Below, in pieces: positions 26,315 to 41,668 of a stretch of 64,000 nucleotides of DNA. The first letter of the stretch is position 1, and the number at the start of each line of letters is the position of its first letter. The notes under the pieces are model-generated. The model saw only the letters and a list, made by a program, of their open reading frames with translations, did no database searches and had not been told where the DNA came from. The stretch lies in the NCBI RefSeq assembly GCF_009914755.1, contig NC_060935.1; one strand, 5' to 3'. Origin of the DNA: the human T2T-CHM13v2.0 reference genome, Homo sapiens. Position numbers and translations under genes: made by a program.

Positions 26315-26820
26315 ATGTGTCTTATATCTTATTATTACCTATCCTATTATTTATATATATGTTATAAATATATATAATGAAATTTATTATAAAGAATTGG
26401 CTGATGCAATTACACAGGCTGATAAATCCCATGATCTGCTGTCTGCAAGGTGGAGACCCAGGAAAGCTGACAGTGCGGTTTGAAGGCCTGAGAGCTGGAG
26501 GGCAATGGTACAGATTCCAGTCTAAGTCTGAAGGCCTGAGAACCAGGAGTACCAAGAGCAGGTGAAGATTGATGTCCCAGCCCCAGCAGTCAGGCAGAGA
26601 ACAAATTCAGACTTGCTCTAGCTTTTTGTTTTATTCAGACCCTCAGTGGACTGGATGGTGTCCACCCACACTGGGGAAAGCCATCTACTTTACTCAGTTC
26701 CCCAATTCAAATGCTAATCTTCCGGAAACACCCTCATAGACATACCCAGAAATAATGTTTAACCAGATATCTGGGCATCCCATGGCCCAGTCAAATTGAC
26801 ACATAAAATTAACCATCACA
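26223..26820 (-). mobile_element. MLT2-family (ERVL) solo LTR containing a (CA)n microsatellite (about 26267-26308)
   Basis: ttctccagagaaacagaaccaatagga ... ttgacacataaaattaaccatcaca. Confidence 0.88.
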
Positions 26821-26920
26821 ACAAGTAAAGGTCCTGGGTATCCAGTCAGATACTATAGGATAGCAGAGGGGTTTGAGGATGTGCAGCATAAGAATATGTA
26901 GAAGATGTTAATGAGGCCTC

Positions 26921-27580
26921 AGAGAAAAGGGAACACTTACATACTGTTGGTGGGAATATTAATTAGTTCAGCCACTGTGGAAAATAATTTGGAGATTTCT
27001 CAAAGAACTTAAAACAGAACTACCATTCAACCCAGCAATCCCATTACTGGATATATACCCAAAGGAAAATAAATCATTCTACCAGAAAAGATACATGTAC
27101 TTGTATGTTCATCACAGCACTATTCACAATAGCAAAGACATCATATCAACCTAGATGCCCATCAGTGATGGATTAGATTAAAAAAATTGGTACACATATA
27201 CCATGGAATACTATGCAGACATAAAAAGAATGAAGTCATGTCCTTTGCAGCAAAATGGGATGCAGCTGGAGGCCATTATCATAAGCAAATCAATGCAGGA
27301 ACAAAAAACCAAATACCACTTGTTCTAACTAATAAGTGGGAACTAACCATTGAGTACACACAGACATAAAGATGGGAACAATAAACACTGGGGACTACTG
27401 GAGAGGGAAGAAGGGACAAGATCAAGGCTGAAAAACTGCCTGTTAGGTATTGTGCTCACTTCCTGGGTGATGAGATCATTCATACCCCAAACTTCAGCAT
27501 CACACAATATACACAGGTAACAAATGTGCACGTGTACCTCCTGAATCTAACATAAAAGTTGAAATTATTTTTAAAAAAAG
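26921..27580 (+). mobile_element. L1PB/L1MA-type 3' end
   Basis: ORF2 C-terminal and 3' UTR motifs (cccagcaatcccattactgg, taagtgggaactaa, ctgaatctaa...aaagttgaaa). Confidence 0.88.
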
Positions 27581-27799
27581 AATCTGTGAAAGAAAGAAAA
27601 AACTGGATCAAATCCCTACAGCATAGAGAGATGCTTGAAAGACATTGAAGCAGCAACAACAAAAAAAATGGAAAAAAATAAAAATAAAATTAAAATTAAA
27701 AATAAAATAAAAATAAAAGTCCCCCCACCCCCACTTCCAGGCCTTCAAAATTAACTATGAGAGGAGAAGAAAGATATGGGCATCTTGAAGACATTAATG

Positions 27800-28144
27800 G
27801 AGTTGTCCCTTGCTATCCATGGAGGATTGGTCCTAGGACCCCCACAGATACCAAAATCCATGGAGGCTCAAGTCCCTTATACAAACGGTGTAGGGTTTGC
27901 ATATAACCTAAGCACATCCTCCTGAGTACTTTAAATCATCTTTAGATTACTTATGTTATCTAATACCATGTAAGTACTATGGAAATGGTGTTATACTGTA
28001 TTGCTTAGGAAGTAATGACAAGGAAAAATGTCTATACATGTTCAGTACAGACATAACCATCCTTTTTTGTTTGCTTTTAGTATTTCCAATTCACAGTTGA
28101 TCGAATCCATGAATGAGGAACCCACAGATACGGAGGGCCAATTG
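27800..28144 (+). mobile_element. MER2 (TcMar-Tigger) DNA transposon
   Basis: agttgtcccttgctatcc ... ggaacccacagatacggagggccaattg, with inverted termini. Confidence 0.85.
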
Positions 28145-28749
28145 TATTAGTAAACACCACTGGAGTAAAGGGGCAGTACTAAAGCAAGATCAGAGTGTTA
28201 TATCTGGCTTAACCAGCTAGAATGCTAGTTGAAGAAAAGTAGATAATAGCTTTAGTTATATAAGTAAAGTTTTATATATAGCTTTATTCTATGGGTTTTT
28301 TAAGCAGTGAAAATATCAGGGCTTTATTAGGTAAAGAAAAAAGTGAAATATGGAAGCCAAAAAAAGAGAAAATATGACAAATAATCATCATAGGAATATC
28401 CAAAAGAGTTAGTAAAAGAAGTACTTATAGCAGACAAAGTTTTCAGATTAAAAATTTGAAGGAGGAGGGATTAAGATGAATAAATTGTTTTGAAAAAATA
28501 AACCTCAAAATACACTTCAGCCATTTAATAAATTAGTTCAATGTTTTGTCGGTGATATGCCAAGTCCCTAGCACCTATATCCACCAAAAGTAGCACTACA
28601 TGAGTAATATCTGGCACAGGGTAAGACATTTTCCATCGAATCCTTTGACTTTTATAATATTGGTATTTCCTTCTGCATTTCATGCGAAGGTATTTCCCAA
28701 GCCATTGTAAAACATTCTGTAGATACTATGTGTACACACGGATATGATG

Positions 28750-30235
<1,486 letters not shown>

Positions 30236-30777
30236 TTTTTAAAGTTTGTTGGCAAGTTTTAAAATGCAGAATTTAACATTTGAGATAGTGAAATGTAACC
30301 ACAGTGGTGAATGATTTTTTAATGCCAAGATCTAAATATATTAGCTCCATCATATTTATGACCAATAAAAGTCCTACAAAATGTTTTGATGACCTATGGT
30401 AGTGATAAATTCTACATTCTCCTTTCAGAAGACATTGTGTTCTTCCTACTACAAGATGATTTGAACAAACTCCCCTTTTTCACTTTGAGAAAGAGGGTTT
30501 TAAGCCAGAATTATCTATCTGTAGGTGAGTCTGGGTCAAGGGCAAAGTGTTGATACGGATATTTAATTTTAGGGCACTCTACAGGGTGAAATCTTCTGTA
30601 ATTAGTTTTAATTACTGGAACAGAGTATGACCAGCATTTTAAGACATCATAAGAATGAGAGCAAGAAGGGGTCTGGGGCAATGATAGCTCAAACATTCTA
30701 TTATCATCTATTCAATACTTTTTTAAAATTTAAGCTGAATATCAACTGAGCTACAAACAGCTAAATGTACCACATAA

Positions 30778-31034
<257 letters not shown>

Positions 31035-31269
31035 GTCAGCACTTTTAATGACTCTTATACCTATTATCACAGACAACTGCTTAACATAGAAAACTCTGAA
31101 TATTCATTCATTCCTTCTCACTACATAGTTTAATCCCCATACTACTTTGTCTTTCCTCTCCAAGATTCTTCTTTGCACTCTTGACTGCCGTTCTCGATTT
31201 TTTCATCATACCCTCCAGATTTCTGGTAGTATTGTTAATAAATACGCTTATTAGGTTAGGTATACTTCC

Positions 31270-31980
31270 AAACAATGAAATACTACTTTACACCCACTGG
31301 AATGGCTAAAATGAAAGCTGACTATAGGAAATGCTGCTGAGTATGTGGACAAACTGGAAACTTCTTATATTATTATTTATAGTAAAAATTGTATAACTAC
31401 TTTCAAAAACTATTTGGCAATTTCTTATAAAGTTAAAAATACACCTATACAAGGACTCAGCAATTCCATTTTTGGGTTTATATATAAAATAAGTGAAAGC
31501 ATATGTCTTCAAAAAGATGTGTATGAGAATGTTCATAGCACTTTTATTCAGAATAGTAAAAAATCATAAGTGACTTTAGCATCCATCAATAGAATGAATA
31601 AACAAACTGTGATGTATTATACAAGAAAATAATACACTATAAATAGCCACACTATTGATATACTCAACAACATGGATAAATTTCAAAAATGCTCTGCTGA
31701 GCGATAGAAGCCATACATAAAACAGCCAATTCCATTTATATCAAGTTTAAGAAGGGGAAAAATTAACATATTGTGATAGAAATTTAAAAAGTAGTTGCTA
31801 GGAATAGGAATGTGGGCAGGATGAATTGACTGGAAATGGGATTAAGGTGAATAGGGAACTTTCTAGGGTGATGAAATTGTTTTATATCTCAACTTGGGTA
31901 TTGGGTATACAAGTAAATATATTTGTCAAAATGTGTCAACGGAAAACTTATTATCTGTGCATTTACAAAAACCTAATTAC
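31270..31980 (+). mobile_element. Old L1M (L1ME-like) 3' fragment
   Basis: cagcaattccatt, aatgttcatagcac, caacatggataaatttcaaaaa. Confidence 0.7.
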
Positions 31981-32580
31981 TAAAGAAGTCATTTCTGTCC
32001 TAACTAATCTATACTTAATATCTAGTATAGCACTGAGTCCAGAGTCTGTGCTCAGTGAATAGTCAATTAATGAATAAATAAATATTATCAATATAATTTT
32101 ATATTTATGAATATTTAGCACATAAGACCAGATTTCAAACTCTTTGGATGCACATTCCTCCTAACCCAGTGAATTTCTTCAGTTCTATCTGAGCATGCTA
32201 GCTTAGGGTTCCCCAGTCATAGAGGTAGGAGAAGGTATAGAAAATGGAAAAACACCCTCAGCATTTCAGTTACCTGATAAAAATGAGAGACAGATGAAAA
32301 GGAGGCAGATAGAAGGAGAAGGAGAAGAGATAATGTCTATGACATGGGGAGAGAAACAAAGGCTAGAGAGAGGTATTTCATCACATGGAACGCTAGACCA
32401 ATCTTTTTAAAAGTACTATTTTATGTCATATATGCAGATACATAATCAATCAGTACAATAATTTAAAATGCAAAAAGGCAAACTCGCTATTTGGGCAAGA
32501 AAAAAATGATATATACACCCACTAAAGTAGATCATTTGGGAAGAAGAAATACTTCTTCCAGAGTTGTTTTAAAAAATATT

Positions 32581-32695
32581 AGAATGGCATGAACCCAGGA
32601 GGCGGAGCTTGCAGTGAGCCGAGATTTTGCCACTGCACTCCAGCCTGGGCGACAGAGCAAGACTCCGTCTCAAAAAAAAAAAAAAAAAAAAAAAA
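32581..32695 (+). mobile_element. AluY 3' fragment
   Basis: agaatggcatgaaccc...gactccgtctc followed by poly-A. Confidence 0.9.
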
Positions 32696-34779
32696 TTCAC
32701 TTATTAAAGTTTGTAAGCTTTAGATGGTTACATACTCATTTTCCCATCACAACAGCAGCAGCAACAATCACAAAATTAAAATCAGGTAAATGCCTGCTCT
32801 GATAGACCACAAATATCATTGTCTACTTATAATTTAGCCCCATCTTGTGGTAGTCCAGGAAACTGGACTAAAGGCTGTCACTGTCCGATTGTGTTTTTGA
32901 AACTATAGGCATAAATGATACTATTCCAGTTAGGTTTAAGCCAAAAGAAACTAGACTAAGAGGACTACATTTCCAGTTAGTCAAGGGTTTCCCACTCCTT
33001 AGCTATACAATAAAGACATTCAAAGAAGTCTGTGAAATACTTTTGTTTCCTTGGACAAGCCACTTCTCTCAGAATAGTTATTTTCACAGAAGACCAGTGC
33101 TAAGTAACACAAGCCTTCATGTAACGTTTCTCCTCTGCCTCAGCAAACCAAAAGCAAGAAAGCTCAAAATCTGTCTTTGGGAACTAGTTAGGGAAAGTCA
33201 AACCACTTGAAAAGAACAGAATAATGTTGTTCTATCATCTCTATAACCATTAAAATTTTGAAGCAAATGACAGTTTACAATACTATTAACAAAGACATTT
33301 TAACAAAGATTCATGGTGATCAGTGACATTCAGCTAAAAGATTAAATTGGAATTTATTTCTTTGATTTTTCTTTTTTTTAACATTCAAAATTATATGGGG
33401 AAATGCATTTTCACCTGCCCTTTGGCAGTAAAAGTGCTGCCGTTTTTGGAAGTGCCATTTAGAAATGTCTTAAGCCTGACCTTTCAGCACTAAATGAAAC
33501 TTGTTCTATGTAACCAAAAATAGATATTTCTTTTAATCTAATTTAGAAAGTTGACCATAATATGACTCTGAATGTCATGATTACGATTATAAAATTATCA
33601 AAATGAGAATTATTCAGACATGACCATATAACTCAATTTCACTGGATTAGATACATCAGTAATTTACAAAAATACTTTTATTTGGATCTGTGTCAAGGTA
33701 GCCTGCAAATTTAAGTATGAAGATCAATGTGAATTATAAGCATACTTCAAGTACTATTGCCCGGTACTGATTTATCACACCAATGACATGACGTAATACC
33801 ACAAAGTTCAAGAAACCCTTTCCTATACCATCACTTAACTTTAAAAGGAAGAATATGTAGCTAAAGTAAACAACAAAACTTGGGATAAACAGACATACTC
33901 TTGCTTAATGCAATAACATAGGTTCCTGAAATTTAATATACAAGTCTCATAAATTTGGTAATATTTTCACATTGATTTAAATGTTTTATTTTTATTTTCA
34001 ATTCATCATAAGTTGACCTATAAATGTACTGAGGTTTTCATATTTTAAAAGGTGCCCACCTAACGAACCTATGCTAGAACAAATAATAATTTTGGAATAA
34101 AAATATTCTTCTTAATGCAAAACTAGATGCATCAAGCTAACAAAATGCATCTAATTTTGTAGAATTCCTTAAAGCAAGGCAAATCTTTGCTATAAACATG
34201 AAGTTGCATTGCCTCTAACACTCCCTTTCCACTGCATGACATAATTCCCATACATTTCTCACTGGATTTTATCCCCATTAACACTGTTGGGAAACCATTT
34301 TCATAGATAAATGTGTCAGTTAACTAAAGGTTTTCTTTAAAAAAGAAATAAAATTTTAATGTCTATATTTTAGGCACTCTTGAAATGTGTGTGTCCATGT
34401 TTGCATGTGTATGTGCTTATTCCCTCTGACTTCCATTTTTACAGGCAGGTGTAATTATTAAACCTCTCTTCTTACCCAAATATGTAACACAATCTCATTT
34501 TCTCCCCACTTACCCTAGGTTCTGCTCTCCTCTCCATTTATCCTCTGATTCTCTTGCTTTCTCTTTCCTCATCTCTCCTCTCTGTTTTTTTTCCTTTTTT
34601 TTTTTTTACTGCCATATCATAAAAATTCAATAAATAATGTAATTCTTTTATCTTCCTTATTTTATCTCTATCTCTTTATACTCCTTGATTTTATCTTTCT
34701 TGATTGCCTGCATGATAAAGCTAATTCAATAAGTAAATCCTGTGTGTGTGCATAATTACATATTACTAAAAACTTTATA

Positions 34780-35260
34780 TTCAAAAAATATAAATCATTC
34801 TATTATAAAGATACATCCATGTTTATATTCACTGCAGCACTATTCACAATAACAAAGACATAGAATCGGCCTAAATGCCCATCAATGATAGACTAGATAA
34901 AGAAAATGTAGTACATATACACCACGGAATACTATGCAGCCATAAAAAAGAATGAGATGGAGCTGGAGGCTATTATCCTTAGCAAACTAATGCAGGAACA
35001 GAAAACCAAGTACTGCATGTTCTCACCTATCAGTGGGAGCTAAATGATGAGAATACATAGGCACTTAGAGGGGAGCAACACACGCTGGGGCCTATTACAG
35101 GGTGAGAGTGGGAGGAGGGAGAGAATGAGGAGAAATAACTAACAGATACTAGGCTTAATACCTGGGTGATGAAATCATCTGTACAGCAAACCCCCGTGAC
35201 ACAAGTTTACCTATGTAACAAACCTACACATGCACCCCTGAACTTAAAAGTTAAAAAAAG
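34780..35260 (+). mobile_element. L1PA (older) 3' end
   Basis: aaatcattctattataaagatacat...gcaaacccccgtgacacaagtttacctatgtaaca. Confidence 0.88.
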
Positions 35261-35352
35261 AACTTTAATGATAGCTCAGTACAGAAGAAATGTATTAATA
35301 CTTAGAGCTTTTGATTATAAAGTATTTTAAAATACTTTAAAATTACATACAT

Positions 35353-36535
35353 ATAGTCAATTCTCATTATTTGTGGAAGCTATGTTCTATAAAGTTGCTG
35401 TGAGCATTGAATTAGCAAACACTGAAACATTGCTCCTAGAGGAAATACAAAGTGAAGTTCCTGCAAGCTTCTGGTCACAACATTTTTATCAACCAATCAA
35501 TATATAGCCTTGTTTAATGATGTTTCTACTTTAAAACCTCTTGTTTAATGTATATCATTGATTCAATAACATTGAATTAGCAGCCAATAAAACTGTAACC
35601 CCTGCCTGAAGAAAGTTCCAGTAACCCATATGTGTTCTCCCTAAGGCACATCATAGTGTTATTATGAAGCAGGAAAAAAACAAGCCTTGTACTAGGCTGA
35701 CACACTCCAAGACCCAGTGATAGGCAGAGCTCTGGCATGGCTTTGATAACACTATCTGCAGAGCCAGGGCCCTCAAGGGATGAGCCCCAGAGCCCCAGAG
35801 CCATCCCATCCTGGAGCAGGGATGAGAAAAACAAGTTCTTCTCCCCTTTTAGCTTCCCCCTTCTCCCTTACCATTCTCGTGATTATTTTTGTAAGTTTGT
35901 AGGAGTTTTGCAAGTTCCTGCTTTCCCATCTGTGCAGTATGGCAAAGGTCACAAGACACGCTTGAGTTGCAGTGTCTGTCACTGTTTGATAAACTGCCTT
36001 TGTTCTATTTCTGTAAGCTTGCTTGCCCACCCTGCAGGTTTCACACCACTAAACTGGCCAACCCCCTTCAGTTGCATGTATAAAAGTCAAGCCCTGTCTT
36101 TGTTCAGGGCTCAGCCTTTGGATTTTAATTCACTGGACTGGTGGCCAACTAAATAAAATCCTCCTGTTCAACCTATCGGTCTCTCCCATCCCTTAATTCC
36201 CACAACATTTCCACTTAGGAACACTAGATAGCATGTTGGCACTATACTTACTATAAACAAGGAAAATTACCAAAAAAAACACAGAAGATGTGCTCAATAA
36301 ACCTCAAAAAAATACTTGTTTGTAGTATGATAGCTGAAGCAGGAAAACAGAACATAGCCTTGTTTGACCGCAGCTGGGAACACATGCATTGGGTGACTCA
36401 TTTTTCTCACTGCTCTTTGCATGTCTGTGAATGACCACAAAAGTGATACAAGTACTGATTGTGGGGTTGCAAATAAATTTTAATGAGTAGACAAATTTGC
36501 AAATACAAAATTGACAAATTATGAGGATCAACTGC
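35353..36535 (-). mobile_element. MER82-like TcMar-Tigger element interrupted by an LTR
   Basis: Termini tagtcaattctcattatttg / attatgaggatcaactg; the two halves join across 35657-36208. Confidence 0.75.
35657..36208 (+). mobile_element. ERV solo LTR (probably ERV1 class; subfamily not assigned)
   Basis: TG...ccacaaca ends; TATAAAAG at about 36080 and AATAAA at about 36152, in LTR order. Confidence 0.7.
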
Positions 36536-37477
36536 ACTTTGGTTGCAAAGATATATAATGTTACGATTTATAAAACATATTTGGGTATAAAAACTTCAAG
36601 ACAGCATTCTGTAGGGAAAATGGAACAAAAATACAAGACATGCAGAAAAAAATGATGTATTATTTTTGACTATTAAATAAAAAATTGTTCCATGTATTTT
36701 ATAACTGGGTGACAATCACTTCATACTATAGGATACATTCAAAAGACTAATATAATTGGTACATTAGATACATCAGAGATGTTACATTTGAAGCTATTTA
36801 AATTTGTAATGAAAAACTTTACATGTCAACTTAAAAATGCATGAATGGGTGCAGATTTGTTGAAAACTTTCATAAAGTTCATGACCAAAGATGAAAAGAG
36901 ACCTTTGTGCCTGATTTTGAAACTGAAGTCTCAGAATAGCTATGTGATATTGGACAAGTCCGTTGTATTCTCTGTCTCTTAGGGTCTTCATATTATAGGA
37001 ACCAAATAGCTATCTGAAGGGATTATTCTTATGAGGCAAATAAAATAATACAGGAAAAATTTGTATAAAATTTATAATTGCAATAATTAATAATCATAAT
37101 AATATAATAGCTACATGATGCTAGGACATTGGTAATTCAAAGGTGCCCGAACTCCTATTGGTCTGCGAAAGCATTAATAAAACTGTAGAGCTGTCTTTCA
37201 TCTTTTTTCAAGAATGACTAGTGGAAATCACACTTACATCTCAAAAAAGTGAACAAAGGTCTAAAACCATTTTTTTCTCTCCTAGCTATAATGTTTCAAT
37301 TGATCAGAACTTCTGAATTATGGCTGCTGTTATTAAATTGGGAGTACATTTTATTTAATACAGGTGGTTTGATAGAGGACAATTTTTCAAAACATGGTAC
37401 GTTTGACGGAGATAAAAAATAAAAGACATTCTTAATGATTAAAAGAACAGAAATATTTTATAATTAAGATATCAGAT

Positions 37478-37688
37478 TTTTATTTATATTTTATTTATAT
37501 ATTATTTATTTATATTTTATTTATTTTTTATATTTTAAAATTTTAATATTATAATATTAAATTTATAAAATTAAAATTATAATATAAAAATATAATATTT
37601 TATAATATATATTTATATATATTATTTTAAATAATACAAAATATCATTTATATATTTTTTATTTATAAATTATTTTATAATTTAAAAT
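37478..37688. repeat. AT-only low-complexity tract
   Basis: About 200 bp almost devoid of G/C. Confidence 0.85.
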
Positions 37689-39364
37689 ATCAGAGTTCTG
37701 CTGGGGTTTTGCCACATCTCCCATAGAAAGACAGCACCTACATTTCCCTCCAGCATACATTCCTACGAAAAATGCTGTTTTGTTGGGAAGAGAGTAAGCC
37801 TTCTAAAATGTAAATGAAGATAAATCTGTGCCTATTTATAGCAAACAGTAAGCTGATGGCATGTAATTAATTGTACACAGTAATGAGGAGATATTTTTTG
37901 CAGCTCAAGAACATTCTAAGCCAGTCGTTCCCACAGTCAGGGGAGATCATATCACACAATCCCATCTGGCACATACAAAATCATCCTCAGCTCCTTGACC
38001 ACATTATGCATCTGTACATCCTAGCAAACGTGACAGATCAACGTGACTGACAACAGACAGATCTAGCTACTTGCCTACAGCAATGAAACTCCCTTGGCCA
38101 AGAACACGGGAGCAGTGCAGTGCATTACAATGAAGCTTCCTAGTCACTGGCCTGATGTTGGTAATGCTTCTCATTTGTCTTTGTGCCTGCCTTTTTTTCT
38201 GGAAGCTGCTTAAACCAGCACCTGCTCCCATCACAGAAATGCAACAACTAAATACCAACTTACTAGTTAAACAAAGTCAGTAATGCGATCAAGGGAGATA
38301 TACAACAACTATTAAGAAATGAAGTACTCTTCTGTCAGTTCACACAGACCACTTTATTAATGTCACATTTGGTTCAGCTTTACTAAGGAGACAGGCTAAA
38401 TAAGAACTCCACCGCAGAGCATCTTTAGGCACTACCAGGCCCATGGTTTGCATGTGAAGAATAAGATTCAGTGGTTGTAGTTAATCAAAAGTGATAACAC
38501 TACTTTGAAGGCTATGTTAGATACACCAGCAATCTTGGTATCACAATACTCATCCTATGAACTCTAGGCCTTGTTCTTTTACTGCCACAAACTCAAGCAT
38601 GGAGTCAAACTGATATGACCTAGCTGAAAATAGCTCTTTTATATGAGGTTCCAACACTGTATTTATTCATTTCTTTCTAGAGATAAGGAGCTTGTAATAG
38701 AGATATTAAAGGAGAACAAAAACTAAGATCATCTCAGCCACTATTCAGTTTTTTCTTCCCACGAGATATCCAGCTTCTCCCACATCATCACTACATAAAA
38801 GGCCCAAATTAGAGGCTTTTTCAAAGCCACTAAAACAACCAAGAAGCCAAATCATACTCATCTTGTGACTATTTCTAATTTCTAAGACTGACCTCACAGT
38901 CTTACTATTGCTGTCTCCAGATCAAAGCTTAAAACCAACAAGAACAATGAGAATTGGCATGTGTGGTCAGAAGCAACAGTTACCGAGTCTGAGTCAACAG
39001 AGTGTGGTCTGAGGAAGAATGTGAAAAGTTCAGCATATGTTAAAACTGCCTGGTTGCTAATGTACAAGAATGACTATCTTTTAAATATCAAAATTTCCAC
39101 ACACACAAAAATCTATTCCCTAATTTACATACATGACAGCCCTTCACATTCACAGCTAATAATTGTGTCTTTTCCCTTTTCCACCCCCACTTCCTGCTTT
39201 GTGCACAGCAAATTATTCCCACTTTTTTAAAGCAATTATTTGTATGATTTGGTTGATAGATCTTTCAGTAGTCTGGATACCCTTTTCCAGATTGCCAATG
39301 TTCCTTTTAAACAGTGATTTGGTATTTAGTAAAACTTTACATTTCTACTGCACAGAAAATAAAA

Positions 39365-39575
39365 TAACAGTAACTACCATTTTTGAGCACTTACAGTCTG
39401 CCAGTCAGTATGCTAAGTACTTTACAAGAATTATTTTTATGATGATTATTTAATCATTATTGTCTCAGTTTACCAAAGAGGAAACTGAGATGCAGGAAGC
39501 ATAAATAAATTAAGTAGCTTACAGCTATTGAAGAGCCAGAATACAAACTCCATTCTCTTTGACTCCAAAGCTATT
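39365..39575. mobile_element. MIR fragment
   Basis: gaggaaactgagatgcagg core; tttgactccaaagc. Confidence 0.7.
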
Positions 39576-40486
39576 GCTGGAAAGTGATGCAGTTGAGTTG
39601 ATATCAGTAAAATATGCCACAAAACCAGATATTATATACCATATTTTCTTGGTTCTAAGAAGCATAATTTCCTCCATTTTTTAAAGTTTCTGTAATCAGA
39701 AGGTATCTTAAAATTGGTGTAGACATCATGTGTATCTGTGTTGCTTTGCTCCTCCCTACTCCCCGCAAAAGAGCTGTTATTAAATAAGTGAATCATCTTA
39801 AAGCTGACAGGAAAGTAGAATCAAGGAAACACTTGACTCATTCCTGATTGTTCTCAGGCCTCATCCACCTGTCTGCTTCTACATGAAAGCACATCAATAA
39901 TAATAATAATAATAAGGCAAATTCTAGTAGCTATTGCCCCAACCAACTCTGGCAATACCTCAGCCCTCAGGAAAGTGCCCAAAATGTGTTTGTTCATTCT
40001 TGTGTTCACCAGTTCTGTGGAGCTACACACCAATGCTGCCCATCTAGGCTGAACCATGACTTAAATCCCAGTGTTTCACAAATACCTTTGTTACGAGAGC
40101 TCCTGTAGCACCAGCCTGAAGCTTTCTCCCCAGAGAGTCTGATCACGAGGCCAGACATGGCAGGCAAAAGAATAGATTCCACTGTGACCTCCCTACCATG
40201 CCATCCCCAAGTGCTCCTATAGAAAATTCTGCCTGATAGGCCCCTTATGCCCATATAAATAAACCCATCAAAGACTTAACTCTGAGTTATGTGCTCCACT
40301 AATTCATATGATACTCCAAATACATCTGAATCCCACCAGGCTCAATTGATCTACACTCAAGACCCCGTATCTACCCACTCTACATACAGTTGTCCCAGAT
40401 GAGGAACCCTATATATTATTCCATCATGGGAACAATATCATTCTCAAATATATGATTACAATTATTTCCAGAAGTAGAGGGAACTG

Positions 40487-40775
40487 GGCCAGGTGCAGTG
40501 GCTCACACCTGTAATTTCAGCAATTTGGGAGGCCAATGTGGGAGGATCACTTGAGGCCAGTTCGAGACCAGCCTGGCCAACATGACGAAATCCTGTCTCT
40601 ACTAGAAATACAAAAATTAACCGAGTGTGGTGGCACATGCCAGTAATCCCAGCTACTTAGGTGGCTGAGGCAGGAGAATCGCTTGAACCCAGGAGGCAAA
40701 GGTCACAGTGAGCTGAGATAGCGCCACTGTACACCAACCTGGGTGACAGAGTGAGACTCTGTATCAAAAAAAAAA
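40487..40775 (+). mobile_element. Alu (older S/J type)
   Basis: Diverged full dimer with poly-A. Confidence 0.92.
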
Positions 40776-41434
40776 TGTAGAGAGAATCATGATCCTTCTG
40801 GTCAGAAATGTTTATAAAGTTGGGGAGACACAAGGGAGGGTCTAAGAGCTAAACTTTTTCAATTAGGAAAACATGAGGTTACCAAATTGTGTAGGAGGAT
40901 TGTTTGGGATGAGGTCACTTTGTCTCAAATTGTTTTGTACAGAAATACTTTAAAGTTAACACTTAATACATGCATGGTTTTTCAGGGTTCATGATGACCA
41001 CTGACAATGAAAACCAGGCTCCTCCATTAGGAGTAGAGAAAGATCACCCAACAGAAATGCCTAGAAGTGACGACAGTGGAAGTGAGGTGAGCCTAGAGAG
41101 GCTGTGAGTAGTACCAAGCAGCAGATTTACATCAGAGACAAGTTGCAGGATCTGTACTTATTTTATAAGAAATCTTTAAGAAAAAATGAGACTAAGATGA
41201 TGTGTGAGGTTCGTCGTGCTAGTGCTAGCAATCACAAATAAGTATAGACCGTTGTTTAACAGCTTTAAACCTATCCAACATAATAATCATAACAGCTACC
41301 ATTTACTGAATGCCTACTGTGTGCCAAATCCTGTCCTGAGCCTTTTACATAAGACCATTGTTTATTACATAAGCAAAATGAGCTTTATAAACCAAGCTTT
41401 ACTAACGCTAAACCAATACTTTTTAAATGTCAAA

Positions 41435-41668
41435 AGTTAAAAGGTAGACTGAAGGTTGCCAGGGGCTGGTGGGGAGGAGAGAATGGGGAATTACTGTGTA
41501 ATGGGTATAGCATTTCAGTTTTACAAGACAAAAAGAGTTCTGTAGATGGATGGTGATGATGATTACACAACACTATGAATGTATTTAATATCACTGAGCT
41601 GTATATTTAAAAATGCTTAAGATGCTGCATTTTATGTGTAGGTTATATGCATACCACAATTTTAAAAA
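41435..41668 (+). mobile_element. L1MB-like 3' end fragment
   Basis: ggttgccaggggctgg...aatgggtatag...gatggatggtgatgatg. Confidence 0.8.
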
